Below are positions 10,178 through 21,681 of a DNA stretch of 64,000 bases, one piece after another. The stretch covers positions 352,001 through 416,000 of the forward strand of contig CAVPSB010000012.1 of assembly GCA_963708025.1 (NCBI GenBank). The letters are read 5' to 3'. The DNA comes from an uncultured Candidatus Rokubacteria bacterium (GTDB taxonomy: Bacteria > Methylomirabilota > Methylomirabilia > Rokubacteriales > DASRDR01). Each line of letters starts with the position of its first letter. Position 1 is the stretch's first letter. The translations under genes were made by a program, and so were the position numbers. Below the pieces are notes generated by a model. It saw only the letters and a program-made list of their open reading frames with translations, had not been told where the DNA came from and did no database searches.

Positions 10178-10357
10178 ATGAGCGAATGCAAGCACGGCCT
10201 CAGACTGGGGTGCTCCTACTGCCACACGACGACGACGACCCCCGTGGCGCGCCCGGTGACGCCGAAGCGGCGAAGCAGGGCCGAGCGGCTCTCGGAGCAG
10301 ATGAACGACCGGGTGACGGTGCTCAAGAAGCGGCTGCGAGAGCTCCGCGGCGAGTAA
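10178..10357 (+). CDS. Small Cys/His metal-binding protein (59 aa) with basic coiled-coil tail
   Basis: MSECKHGLRLGCSYCH...LSEQMNDRVTVLKKRLRELRGE; extended -10 (TGaTAGAGT) 7 nt upstream. Confidence 0.6.
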   Translation: MSECKHGLRLGCSYCHTTTTTPVARPVTPKRRSRAERLSEQMNDRVTVLKKRLRELRGE

Positions 10358-10417
10358 GACCCCGACGCGCGCCGCCGCCGACCTGCCGCGACACCCTCCC
10401 ACCTCCAGGAGCAGACG

Positions 10418-11395
10418 ATGGCCGACGTCCGGATCTCGCTGACCTGTGCGGACTATGCCCGCGTCCTGCCGCTCGCGACCGGCGAGGTGAAGCCGAAAGG
10501 GATCGCGCTCACGATGATCCTGGGAAGCCGGGGGTCATGGCCGGCGCGCGCGGAGATGCTGCGGCGCGCCGTGCAGGACCCCGAGGTGCACGGCGGCGAG
10601 TGGTCGATGGCCCAGTACCTCTACCGCATCGACAAGGGCGATCGCCGCTACGTCGGCCTGCCCGTGTTCCCGCTGCGCAACTTCACGGCCCGCGACCTGT
10701 ACGTCCGCCGGGACGGCCCCATCCGGCAGCCCGAGGACCTGGCCGGCAAGCGCGTCGGCATGTACAGCTACACGGCCAGCGGCTCGATCTGGTACCGCCA
10801 CTTCCTGCGCTTCGTGGGCCTGGACCCGGCCGCCATCCAGTGGTGGATCGGCGACATCGACACGCCCTGGTCGGCGCCGATGGACGTGACGCTGCCCTCC
10901 GGCGTGAAGGCGCCGGCCCCGGGCCGGTCGCTGGCGGAGATGCTGGTCGCCGGCGAGCTGGAGGCGATCTACAGCCCGCCGCGCCCCCAGGCCTACCATC
11001 CGGTGAAGGGCCCCATCGCCCGCCTGTTCCCGGACTTCCGCGGCATCGAGCAGGCGTACTTCCGCAAGACCGGCGCCTTTCCCCCGCAGCACCTGATCGT
11101 CCTCCGGCGCGAGGCGTGGGAAGCCAACCGCGGGATCGCTCGCAGCCTCACCGAGGCGTTCGTCGAGTGCAACGACGCCTTCACCGCGGCGCAGAAGGGC
11201 TTTCCCTACGCCACCCCCTGGCTGGAGGCGGAGCTCGAGGACACGGCGGCCGTGATGGGCGACGACTTCCACCCCTACGGCCTCGAGCGCAACCGGTCCC
11301 AGATCGACATGTTCGCGGGCGAGGCCTTCCGCCTCGGCCTGACCAGCCGCCAGATCACGGCCGCCGAGTTCTTCGCGGACTACCTCGCGTCCTGA
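10418..11395 (+). CDS. 4,5-dihydroxyphthalate decarboxylase-like protein (type 2 periplasmic-binding fold)
   Basis: LTCADYAR..PL..GEV, EWSMAQY, LPVFPLR, PEDLAGKRVG, MGDDFHPYGLERNR; AGGAG RBS. Confidence 0.8.
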   Translation: MADVRISLTCADYARVLPLATGEVKPKGIALTMILGSRGSWPARAEMLRRAVQDPEVHGGEWSMAQYLYRIDKGDRRYVGLPVFPLRNFTARDLYVRRDGPIRQPEDLAGKRVGMYSYTASGSIWYRHFLRFVGLDPAAIQWWIGDIDTPWSAPMDVTLPSGVKAPAPGRSLAEMLVAGELEAIYSPPRPQAYHPVKGPIARLFPDFRGIEQAYFRKTGAFPPQHLIVLRREAWEANRGIARSLTEAFVECNDAFTAAQKGFPYATPWLEAELEDTAAVMGDDFHPYGLERNRSQIDMFAGEAFRLGLTSRQITAAEFFADYLAS

Positions 11396-11544
11396 GGGCA
11401 TCGCCCCACGGCGTACGCCGATGGGCGGCCTGGCGGGAGGGGCAACGCCGGTTCTCCTTGCCCTGGTGGGGCGGGCGGCCCCGGTGGGATCGGCCGCGGC
11501 GAGCCCCCGCGAGTTGGCCGGCAGCGTCGTGGCCCCGTACGCCG

Positions 11545-11574
11545 ACTCCGCCAGGAGCCACTCCGCCAGGAGCC
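11545..11574. repeat. Perfect 15-bp tandem duplication ACTCCGCCAGGAGCC x2 just before a promoter-like TTGACG...TATTAT
   Basis: Direct reading: 11545-11559 equals 11560-11574. Confidence 0.8.
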
Positions 11575-11834
11575 CCTTGACGCCGCGACAAAGACTGTAT
11601 TATGTCTGACCGCGAAGATGAGCTCGCACCGATGGGAGGTCCTGTCCGGGGACGCGACAGCGGCATCGGTTCGAGCAGGGCCCATCGCAACTCATCGCGC
11701 GATTCCCGACCTGCCAGCCCAGCCGTCCGACATCGGCGTGACTGTCGGCGAGCGAACCACCGAGATCGTTACTCTCTCGTGGTGAGGTGGAACCGCCGGC
11801 GTCCGAGCCGCGGCCAGGCGATCCACCGGGCACA

Positions 11835-12617
11835 GTGACCGGAGACCTCGAGAGCCAGGCGGCCATCGTCACGGGCGCCGGCCAGGGGATCGGCCGGGCG
11901 ATCGCGATCGAGCTCGCCTCGATGGGCGCGGCCGTCGTGGTGGCCGACCGGGACCCCCAGACGGCCGACCGCACCGCGCGCGAGCTCGGGGCGATGGGCC
12001 GTCGGGCGCTTGCCATCGCGGCTGATGTGACCCGCGGGCCCGATCGGGCGGCGCTGGTTGACCGAACGATGGACGCGTTCGGGCGCATCGACATCCTGGT
12101 CAACAACGCGGGAATCCACCGCACGGCGCTCCCGCTGGACGTCACCGAAGAGCACTGGGATGCTCTGATGGACGTGAATGCGCGAGCGACGTTCTTCTGC
12201 GCCCAGGCCGTCCTGCCCCATATGATCGCGGCCCGCCGGGGGAACGTGGTCAACGTCGCCTCGATGGCCGGCAAGGTGACGGCGAAGACCTCGGTGCCCT
12301 ACGCGGCGAGCAAGGCGGCTGTCATCGCCCTGACCCGTGGCCTGGCGATCGCCTACGCGGCCGACGGCATCCGCGTGAACTGCGTGTGTCCCGGGTTCGT
12401 GGACACCGACATGTCCGCGCGCACCCACGTGGCGGTTCCCCGGCTCCTCGGGATCGACCCGGACGAGTATCTCCGCCAGGTCACGGACCGCATCCCGCTC
12501 GGCCGACCTGCCCGACCCGAGGAGGTGGCGCGCGTCGTCGGCTTCCTGGTCTCGAGCGGGGCGTCGTACATGACGGGCCAGGCGCTCAACGTGACCGGCG
12601 GACTCCTCATGCACTGA
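11835..12617 (+). CDS. SDR family oxidoreductase (start uncertain, 11787 or 11835)
   Basis: TGAGQGIG, NNAG, YAASK, VNCVCPG, YMTGQ. Confidence 0.92.
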   Translation: MTGDLESQAAIVTGAGQGIGRAIAIELASMGAAVVVADRDPQTADRTARELGAMGRRALAIAADVTRGPDRAALVDRTMDAFGRIDILVNNAGIHRTALPLDVTEEHWDALMDVNARATFFCAQAVLPHMIAARRGNVVNVASMAGKVTAKTSVPYAASKAAVIALTRGLAIAYAADGIRVNCVCPGFVDTDMSARTHVAVPRLLGIDPDEYLRQVTDRIPLGRPARPEEVARVVGFLVSSGASYMTGQALNVTGGLLMH

Positions 12618-12639
12618 TCGGGTTGGAGACGGTGTCCCG

Positions 12640-13434
12640 ATGATGATCGTCGACAGCCACTGCCACGTGGCCACCAACTGGTGGGAGCCGGTCGAGAGCC
12701 TGCTCTTCCAGATGGACCGATGCGGCGTCGAGCGCGCCGTCCTGGTGGGGGACTATTCCGAGCCCAACAACGACTACCAGACCCAGTGCGTTCGACGCTT
12801 CCCGGGTCGCTTCGCGTCGGTCGTCGTCGTGGATCCGAGCCGCCCGGATGCGGTGGCGGTCCTCGAGCGACTCGCCGGTGAGGGGGCGAGCGGAGTCCGG
12901 CTCCGCCAGATGGCGCGATCGCCGGGCCAGGACCCGTTCGCGATCTGGCGGGCCGCCGCGCGCCTGGACCTGACGGTGAGCTGTCCCGGCCGCAGTCCTC
13001 AGTACGGGAGCCTGGAGTTCGTCTCCCTCATCGAGAGCGTGCCGAACCTGCGGCTCGTGATCGAGCACCTCGGGTCGGGCAATGGGCCCGACGTGGAGTC
13101 GGTCCCTCCCGACATTCGCCACAACGTCTTCCGTCTGGGTCGCTTCCCGAACGTCCACGTGAAGATCCACGGCCTCGGGGAGTTCTGCCCCCGGGAGCTG
13201 CCCCCGGACGGCGACTTCCCCTTCGCGCGTCCGATCCCGCCGCTGCTGGACCTCGCCTACGACGCCTTCGGGCCGTCGCGGATGATGTGGGGGAGCGACT
13301 ACCCCCCCGTCAGCGCCCGCGAGGGCTATGCGAACGCGCTGCGGCTGCCGATGGAGCAGCTCGCGACGCGGAGCGCCGAGGACCGCGCCCTCGTCTTCGG
13401 GGGGGTCGCGCTCCGGCTCTTCCCGATCCGCTGA
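12640..13434 (+). CDS. Amidohydrolase family 2 protein (lactonase/decarboxylase-like)
   Basis: IVDSHCH, VIEHLG, AFGPSRMMWGSDYP. Confidence 0.88.
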   Translation: MMIVDSHCHVATNWWEPVESLLFQMDRCGVERAVLVGDYSEPNNDYQTQCVRRFPGRFASVVVVDPSRPDAVAVLERLAGEGASGVRLRQMARSPGQDPFAIWRAAARLDLTVSCPGRSPQYGSLEFVSLIESVPNLRLVIEHLGSGNGPDVESVPPDIRHNVFRLGRFPNVHVKIHGLGEFCPRELPPDGDFPFARPIPPLLDLAYDAFGPSRMMWGSDYPPVSAREGYANALRLPMEQLATRSAEDRALVFGGVALRLFPIR

Positions 13435-13471
13435 CCGCGCGGTCATGCGACTTCCGTCCAGGGGAGGCGTC

Positions 13472-15161
13472 GTGACGGCCGAGGCGGACACTCTCCTCGT
13501 CAACGGCCGGGTCCTCACGATGGACTCCGTTCGACTCGGTCCACGAGGCCGTCGCGGTGCGCGGGCAGCGCATCCAGGCGCTGGGCCGCGCCGCGGACGT
13601 CCGGGCGCTGGCCGGCCGGTTGACGCAGGTCCTCGACCTCCAGGGGAGGACGGTCATCCCCGGCATCGTTGACGCCCACGCCCACATGGATCGGGAGGGA
13701 CTCAAGAACCTGCTGCCGGGCCTCGAGGGCGTCCGGTCGATCGGGGAGATCCAGGCAGTGATCCGGCGAGAGGCCGACGTCCGGCCTCCCGGAGAGTGGG
13801 TCGTGACCATGCCCATCGGGGATCGCCCCCACTACACCGGGGTCCCGGTCTCTCTCGCCGAGCAGCGGTATCCGGACCGCCGGGACCTCGACGGCGCCGC
13901 GCCGGACCATCCGGTCTACATCCGCGGCATCTGGCCGGCGTGGAACGTCCCACCGTCGGTGTCCGTGGCGAACACGCGGGCTCTGGCGCTGGCGGGCGTG
14001 ACCCGTGACACCCGGCCGCCCGATCCGTCCGTCGTGATCGAGCGGGACGCCGCCGGAGACCCGACGGGAGTCTTCATCGATCACAATCCCTACCCCATCG
14101 TCGAGCACACGCTGATGCGCGTGGTCCCGCGGTTCACGCCCGCGGACCGGGTCCGAGCGCTCCGCGAGTCCATGCGCCTCTACAACACGGTGGGGACGAC
14201 GTCCGTGTGCGAAAGTCACGGGGTCGCCGCGGAGGTTCTGGACGCTTACAAGGTGCTCTGGGATGCGGGGCAGCTGACCGTCCGCGCCCGCCTGGTCCTC
14301 AGTCCCGCCTGGGCTCCAGAGGCCGACGCCGCCGGCGAGATGGCGCGGCTCGTCCCCCTGTTCGCCGGGCCCGGCTTCGGTGACGACATGCTGCGGGTCG
14401 GCGGGGTGTTCATCCAGCTCGGGGGGGAGCCCCACGTCGCACGCGCCTGTGGGGCCGCCCTTCCCTACACGGGCTGGGCCGGCTTCGTCGTCACCCACAA
14501 CCCGCCGTCACGGTTCCGGGACCTCGTCGAGCTCGCGGCGCAGCACGGGATCCGCGTCTACACCGTCGCCCCGGCGAAGGACGAGCTGGATGAAGTGCTC
14601 GACGCCTTCGAGGCGGCGCACAAACAGCACTCCATCGCCGGCCGGCGATGGGCCCTGGTTCACGCGCGCGACGTTGACGAGGACCAGCTCGCGCGGCTGA
14701 AGCGCCTCGGGGTCGTCTGCGAGACCATCCCGCTGACGCACCTGTGGCTCCGCGGCGCCGGGTACCTGGGTGACCCGGCGCGAGCGGCCCGGGCCGTGCC
14801 CCATGCCGACTTTCTCCGGTCGGGTCTCCCGTTCGGCCTGGGGACGGACAACAAGCCGTACAATCCCTTCCACACCCTGTGGGCGGCGGTGGCCCGACGG
14901 GAGCGCCATTCCGGTGCCTGTGTCGGGCCGGGGCAGCGCCTGACCCGACAGCAGGCGTTGAGGGCCTTCACGATGGGAGGCGCCTTCTTCTCCGGCGAGG
15001 AGGCCGTCAAGGGCTCCCTCGAGCCCGGCAAGCTCGCGGATCTCGCCGTGCTGTCCGCCGATCCCCTGGAAGGACCCGACGAGGATCTGCGAGACCTCCG
15101 CGCCCATCTGACCATGGTCGGTGGGCGGATCGTCCACGACGATGGAGCGATCACGTCGTGA
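13472..15161 (+). CDS. Amidohydrolase family 3 (YtcJ-like), apparent frameshift near 13530
   Basis: GGAGG RBS, LLVNGRVLTMD, DLQGRTVIPGIVDAHAH, KGSLEPGKLADLAVL, TMVGGRIVH. Confidence 0.88.
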
Positions 15162-15333
15162 TTCGGTCGTCGCCGATCGAGGGCACCCAGGCCCGCGTCA
15201 CGCCCCGGCGCCGCCCCTTCGTCACGCCCGCGAAGCCCTTCCCTTCGCGATCCCCGCCGCGCGAGGGTCTACCTGGGGTCTCGACCCGCTCATCAGCTGA
15301 TCCCGGAGCTCCGTCGCCGAAAAGGAGAGTGTC

Positions 15334-16689
15334 ATGCCCCGACCCGAGTTGACCTCGACCCCGTCCGTCCGCCGCTATTCGCGCCGCACGGTCCTGCGCC
15401 TGGGTGGTGCCGCCGTCGCCGCCGCGTCCGGGCCCTTCGTCTGGACGCCCGCCCGCGCCCAGGGGTTCAACTGGAAGCGCTTCCAGGGCAAGGAGCTGTT
15501 CGTCATCCTCATCAAGTGGCCCTGGACCGAAGTGATCGAGAAGAACCTCCCCGAGTTCGAGTCGCTGACCGGGATGAAGGTCAGGGTGGAGACGCTCCCC
15601 CAGCTCCAGGCTCGCCAGAAGGTGATGATCGAGATGACCGGCGGCTCCGGCGGGCTCGACGCCTTCTTCACCACGCCCAACGTGGACAAGAAGCGATTCG
15701 CGAAGGCGGGCTGGTTCGAGCCGCTCAACCGGTATCTCCAGGACCGGACGCTCACGCCGGCCGACTGGGACTGGGAGGACGTCTCCGCCGGCTCCAAGGC
15801 CATGGTCACCCAGAAGGACGGCAGCATCTCGGCGCTCCCGATCAGCGTCGAGGCGTGGGGCTTCTTCTACCGGACGGATCTCTTCGCCGCCCAGGGGCTC
15901 AAGCCGGCGAAGACCTACGACGAGCTGGCGGCGCAGGCCAGGCAGCTCCACAATCCCCCCGGGGTCTACGGCATCGTGTACCGGGGGCTCAAGAACTCCA
16001 ACGCGGCGACGTTCAGCAACGCCCAGTTCGCCTTCGGGGCGGACTTTCTCACCAAGGACGGGAAGGCGGCGCTGGACACGAGCGAGAACGTCGCGGCGCT
16101 GGACTGGTACGCCGGCACCCTGCGGAAGTACGGGCCGCCCGGCGCCATCAACTACGACTTCTACGAGTGCTCGACGACATTCATGCAGGGGCAAGCCGCC
16201 ATCTACACGGACGGCATGACCATCGCGAGCCAGTTCGAGGACCCGACGAAGTCGAAGGTCGTCGGCCGGGTCGGCTACACGATGATGCCCGCCGGGCCGA
16301 AGGGCCACTTCTCCTCGCTCCTGGGCTCGGCGCTGGCCGTCTCCTCCCAGTCCCGCAGCAAGGAGGCCGCCTACCTCTTCTGTCAGTGGGCGACGAACAA
16401 GCAGAACGCCGTCCGCGGTCTCCTCGCCGGCTCCTCCGCGGCCCGCACCTCGGCCTGGAGTCACCCCGAGGTCAAGGCCAAGGCCAGAATGCCGGCTGCC
16501 TGGTCGCAGACCTACGTCGACTCGATGAGGATCGGTCGCCCGGCCCTTCCCGAGATCGTCGGGGTCACCGAGTACCGCGACATCATCGGCGTGGCCATCC
16601 AGAAGGCGATCGAGGGAGCGCCGTCCGTCCAGGTTCTGGCCCAGGCGAACAAGGAGTTCCAGGAGATGCTGGACAAGACCGAGGGTTGA
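15334..16689 (+). CDS. Carbohydrate-type ABC substrate-binding protein (Tat signal); no adjacent permease
   Basis: AAGGAG RBS, SRRTVLR, FYRTDLF, EAAYLFCQWAT. Confidence 0.9.
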   Translation: MPRPELTSTPSVRRYSRRTVLRLGGAAVAAASGPFVWTPARAQGFNWKRFQGKELFVILIKWPWTEVIEKNLPEFESLTGMKVRVETLPQLQARQKVMIEMTGGSGGLDAFFTTPNVDKKRFAKAGWFEPLNRYLQDRTLTPADWDWEDVSAGSKAMVTQKDGSISALPISVEAWGFFYRTDLFAAQGLKPAKTYDELAAQARQLHNPPGVYGIVYRGLKNSNAATFSNAQFAFGADFLTKDGKAALDTSENVAALDWYAGTLRKYGPPGAINYDFYECSTTFMQGQAAIYTDGMTIASQFEDPTKSKVVGRVGYTMMPAGPKGHFSSLLGSALAVSSQSRSKEAAYLFCQWATNKQNAVRGLLAGSSAARTSAWSHPEVKAKARMPAAWSQTYVDSMRIGRPALPEIVGVTEYRDIIGVAIQKAIEGAPSVQVLAQANKEFQEMLDKTEG

Positions 16690-16753
16690 GAGCGAGGCTC
16701 GAACCGACGCGTATCGGCGGGAGCGGCGTCGGGCCGGCGAGCCCGCCGCCCCT

Positions 16754-16970
16754 CGGATCGCGAAGCTCGTGGGCAATGCCCTCGCGGAAGAGCTCGGCGC
16801 AGGCGTAGGCCTCCAGGCCCTCGCCGGCGCCCGAGCGTGGGCACCAGCGTGTAGAGCTCGCGGCCGGCCCACTTCGCGTGGTAGGTGTCGCCTTCGAGGG
16901 GGAGCGTGTCCCACACCGCCCGGCACGTGCGGGGCGCCTCGTCGTCCAGCGGTTCCCTTCCTCACCGGCT
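16754..16970 (-). pseudogene. Internally deleted, degenerate duplicate of the DUF3830-like gene at 28131-28643
   Basis: 16839-16906 is identical to 28473-28540 (68 bp); lacks the equivalent of about 28251-28456. Confidence 0.85.
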
Positions 16971-17112
16971 CCTCCCGGCTCTGCCGCACGCCCCGGCTAC
17001 GATGGCTGGGGCGAGGAAGTTACCCTGGTAGGCGTGCCTTCCGATTTGCTCACACGACTTGAGCCCGCCGGGTTGGTCCATGAGCCCCAGCACCCGCCAA
17101 ACCGGCCACCGC

Positions 17113-17487
17113 TCAGGCTTCGGGGAGCAGCTCTCGAATCATGCCGAGGAGGGTGAACGGGCTGTACGGCTTCGCCAGGTAGGCGGACGCCCCGGCTTCC
17201 TTCGCCCTCTGCTCGTCGCCGCTCAGCGCGAAGGACGTGATGGCGATGATCGGGGTGGCGGCGGTGGCCGGCTCCGCCCGGAGCCGGCGCGTCGCCTCGA
17301 TGCCGGAGATCTTCGGGAGCTGGACGTCCATGAGGATCAGGTCGGGACGCTGCTCCAGGGCGATCGCCACGCCGGCCTCGCCGTCGGGCGCCTCGATCAG
17401 GCGGTAGGACGTGCGGCGCAGGAGATCGCGGACGATCTTCCGGTTCAGCTCGTTGTCCTCGACGTAGAGGATGGTCTTGGCGCTCAT
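17113..17487 (-). CDS. Single-domain response regulator (DivK/CheY-like)
   Basis: [38 protein letters not shown] overlap with the kinase. Confidence 0.92.
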   Translation of the reverse strand: MSAKTILYVEDNELNRKIVRDLLRRTSYRLIEAPDGEAGVAIALEQRPDLILMDVQLPKISGIEATRRLRAEPATAATPIIAITSFALSGDEQRAKEAGASAYLAKPYSPFTLLGMIRELLPEA

Positions 17488-20400
17488 GCGGTCTGGCCTC
17501 CGGCCAGGCGAAGCGGGATCGCGAAGAAGAAGGTCGAGCCCTTGCCCAGCTCGCTCTCCACCCAGATCCGGCCGCCGTGCATCTCGACGAACTTCCTGGT
17601 GATGCTGAGCCCGAGTCCGGTCCCCCCGAACTCGCTCGTGATGGTCGCGTCGCCCTGCTGGAACTCGGCGAACACGGTCTCGATCTTGTCCTGGCGGATG
17701 CCGATCCCGGTGTCCGCGACGCGATAGACGAGGAGGTCGCCCTGGAGCGTCGACCGAGATCTCGACCCGCCCCTGCCGGGTGAACTTCAGGGCATTGCCG
17801 GCGAGGTTCATGAGGCACTGGGTGATCCGCCCGGGATCGCCGTGGGCGAGCGGAATGTCCTCGGGGACCGAGGCGACGAACTCCAGCCCCTTGTCCGCCG
17901 CCAGGGGGTGGAGCGAGGCCCGCACGCTCTCCACGATGTCCTGGACCGCGTAGTCCGCCAGCGCCAGCTCCATGCGCCCGGCCTCGATCTTGGAGAGGTC
18001 GAGGACGTTGTTGATGAGGCGCAGCAGGTGCTTCCCGCTGTTCTGGATGTCGGTCAGCGGCTCCTTCAGGTCGGCCGGCACCTCCCCGTAGACCTCGCCG
18101 AGGATCATCTCGTTGAAGCCGAGGATCGCGTTCAGCGGCGTCCGCAGCTCGTGGGACATGTTGGCGAGGAACTCCGACTTGTGGCGGCTGGCCGCCTCGA
18201 GCTGCCGGCTCTTGTCCGCGATCTCCCGGAACAGGCGCGCGTTCTGAATCGCCAGGGCCGACTGGGTGGCGAACGTCTTCAGCAGCTCGACGACGTCGGG
18301 CGCGAACTCGCCGGGGACCTTGCGGTTGACCGTCAGGGCGCCGATGACCTGGTTTTCACGCACCAGGGGAACGGCCAGAACGGCCCGATAACCGATCCGG
18401 AGCAGGACGTCTCGATAGCGGCTCTGGTAGGCGCCCTCCCGGGCGATGTCGGGCACCTGGATCGGCTCGCGCCGCTCCGCGGCTGCGCCCGCCACGCCCT
18501 CGCCCATCCGGAGTGGCATCGCCCGGATGATCTCCACGAGCTCCGCGTCGTAGTTGTGCGTCGCGCGTAACTGGAACTGCTGCGTCGTCTCGTCGTACTC
18601 GTGGATGGAGCACCCGTCCGCGCCGGCCAGCTGACTGGCCCGCGACACGATCGTCGTGAGCACCGTCTCCAGATCCAGCGTCGAGCTGACCGCCCGACCC
18701 ACCTCGCCGAGCGCCGTGAGCTGCTCGACCGAGCGGGTGAGCTGCTCGGTGCGCGCCTGGAGCTCCCGGAACAGGCGGACGTTCTCGACCGCGATGACCG
18801 CCTGGCTGGCGAAGGTCTGCAGGAGGCCGATCTCGGCCTCCGTGAAGGGCTTCACCTCGCGCCGGGAGACGGTGATGGCCCCGATGGCGTCGCCCTCCCG
18901 GAGCATCGGCACGGCCACCCATGAGCGGGCTCCGATGCTCGCCGTGACGTGGCGGAGCCCCTCGGGCACGTCGGGGTCGGCCTGGGTGTCCCGGATGTGA
19001 ACGACCCGCCGCTCGAGCACGGCCCGGCCCGTCATGCTGGAGCGGAAACGGACGGGCGTCTCGAACGCCTGGTCCAGCATCGCCCGCGTCGCCGGCGGGA
19101 CGTTGTGCGCCGCCAGCAGGTGGAGCCGCTCGCCGTCGAACGAGCAGAGCGTGCTGAAGAAGCCGTCGCACAGCCGGACCGCGCTCTGCACGATGGCGTC
19201 GAACACGGGCTGCGTGTCCGTCTGCGAGCTGCTGATGGCCCGCAGGATCCCCGCCGTGGCCGTCTGCTGGTCCAGGGCCTCGGTCAGCTCTCGATTCCGG
19301 GCCTCCAGCTCCTGGAACAGCCGCACGTTCTCGATGGCGATCACCGCCTGGGCGGCGAAGGTCTCCAGGAGCTCGATCTGCTTGTCCGAGAAGGGCCGGA
19401 CCTCCACGCGTCGGATCACGATCGCTCCGATCGGAACGCCCTCGCGCAGCAGCGGCGTCGCGAGCACGGTCCGGAGGCCGAGCGCTCGCGTACGGGCCCT
19501 GGCGTACGGGAACTCCGCCTCGGACACCGTCTGCATGTCGTGGATGTGGACTGTCCGTCGTTCGATCACGGCGCGGCCCGATACTGTCCCACGCACGGGC
19601 CAACGCTCGTCGGACGGTAGTCTCGGCACGCGGCCCCACGCCGGCGACGGTGCGAAAGACGTCGCCGTCGAGGCGCGCGATGAGGGCGTCGTCCGCCCCG
19701 CAGACCCGCGCGGCGTTCTCCGCGACGGTGTCCAGGACCGGCTGGACGTCGGTCGGCGACCGCGAGATGACGCGCAGGATCTCGGCGGTGGCCGTCTGCT
19801 GCTCCAGCGCCTCGGTCAGCTCCTGGTTCCTCGAGGCGAGCGTCTCGAACAGCCGCGCGTTCTCGAGGGCGATGACCGCCTGGGCGGCGAACGTCGCCAG
19901 GAGGTGGATCTGGGCGTCCGTGAACGCCCGCACCTCCTGTCGCCAGGTGCAGATGACGCCCACCGGCTCGCCCTCCCGGAGCATGGGCACCCAGACGACC
20001 GTCCGGGCGCCGAGCAGCTCGACGGTCGCCAACCCTGGCCCGGGTGCCTTCCGCGTAGGCCGGGTCGGCCAGCGTGTCGAGCACCTGGATCGGCCGGCGG
20101 TCGGCCACCGCCCGGGCGAGCCCCACGCCGGGAGAGGCCTGGCGCGTGGCGCGGACACGTTCGGCGAAGGCCGCGGGCGCGCCACGCTCGGCCACCAGCC
20201 GGAAGGCGTCGTTCTCGTAGAGGAACAGCAGCCCGACCGGCGTGTCGCACAGCCGCATAGCGCTGGCCAGGATCGTCTCGAAGACCGGCTCGACGGTGGT
20301 GGGCGAGGCGCTGATCACCGCGAGGACCTCGCCGGTGGCCCGCTCCCGCTCGAGCGCCTGGGACAGCTCGCGGTTCCGGGTCTGGAGCTCCTGGAACAGC

Positions 20401-21553
20401 CGCACGTTCTCGATGGCGATGACGGCCTGGGCGGCAAAGGTCTCCAGCAGGGCGATCTGCTTGTCCGAGAACGGCCGGACGACCCCGCGGCGGATCACGA
20501 TGGATCCCAGCGGCGCTCCTTCGCGCAAGAGCGGGGCCACGAGGGAGGTCCGACTGCGCACCTGCGCCCGGCGGAGGCGGGCCCGGGTCTCGGGGTATTC
20601 GGTCTCGGGAAGCGCCTCGAGGTCATCGATGTGAATCGTCCGTCGCTCGCACACGGCCCGGCCGGCGATCGTGGCCGGGGTGGCGGAGATCGGGTCACCG
20701 ACCGCCACCGACGGCGGAAGGGCGCCGTAGATGGCCACGGTGCGAAGCGCGTCTCCCTCGAGGAGCAGGATGTGCGAATCCGTGGCCCCGCAGACGCGGG
20801 CGGCGCTCTCGGCGACCGCGTCGAGGACCGGCTGGAGGTCGGTCGGTGAGCTCGAGATCACGCGCAGGATCCCGGCCGTCGCCGTCTGCTGCTCGAGCGC
20901 CTCCTGGGTCTCGTTGAACAGGCGGACGTTCTCGATCGCGATCGCCGCCTGGTCGGCGAAGGTCTGGAGCAGCGCGATCTCGCGCTCCGAGAACGGCCGG
21001 GATTCGGTGCGGTACGCGGTGAAGGCGCCGATGGCGACCCCTTCCCGGAGGAGGGGATGCCGATCGTGGTCCGGATGCCCGTGTCGCGCCGCGACTCCGG
21101 ATACTCCCGCGTCGCCTCCGCGGACTGGTAGTCGGGCAGGTGGATCGTCGTCCGGTCGAGGATGACCCGGCCGCTCACGCTCGTCCGGGCGATGGCCCGG
21201 GTCTCGCCCACGCGAAGCGTCGTGAGCGGCGGGCCCTGCTCGGCCACCTTCCGCATCAGGGGGCCCTCGACGCGGTACAGCGAGACGTTGGCCGCCCCGC
21301 ACAGCCGCGACGCGTTCCGGGCGGTGGCGTCCAGCACCGGCTGGAGGTCCGTGGGCGAGCGGCTGATGACCTTGAGGATCTCGGCGGTCGCGGTCTGCTG
21401 CTCGAGGGCCTCCGCCAGGCGCTTCTCGAGATCGCGAATCCGGGAGCCGTCATTCTTCGGCGGCTTGCCGGCGACGGCCGGCTTGGCCTCGACCCTGGCC
21501 TTCACGGGCTTCGCACCTCGACGCATCGGCCTCTCCTTGACCGGCACGGGCAT
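17484..21553 (-). CDS. Cytoplasmic sensor histidine kinase with six tandem GAF domains, HisKA and HATPase; apparent frameshifts near 21050, 20040, 19620 and 17750
   Basis: Six EQQTAT..IL..IS-type to [13 protein letters not shown] units; [30 protein letters not shown]. Confidence 0.88.
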
Positions 21554-21681
21554 GGCGACGGCGCGATGATCGACGACAGGCTACGCCAAGGCGCCTTCGC
21601 GGGCAAGCGCGAGAAGGGTTTCAGCCGGTGGCTACCGACCGTCACGCTGTCGTGCCGGTTGCGGGGCCGGGCAAGTCGGAA

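Noticed and set aside
10211-10225. CSYCH as a c-type heme-binding motif
   Set aside because: No export signal; the extra CxH upstream fits a zinc site better
11602-11838. 78-aa ORF upstream of the SDR
   Set aside because: No recognisable motifs and non-coding-like composition
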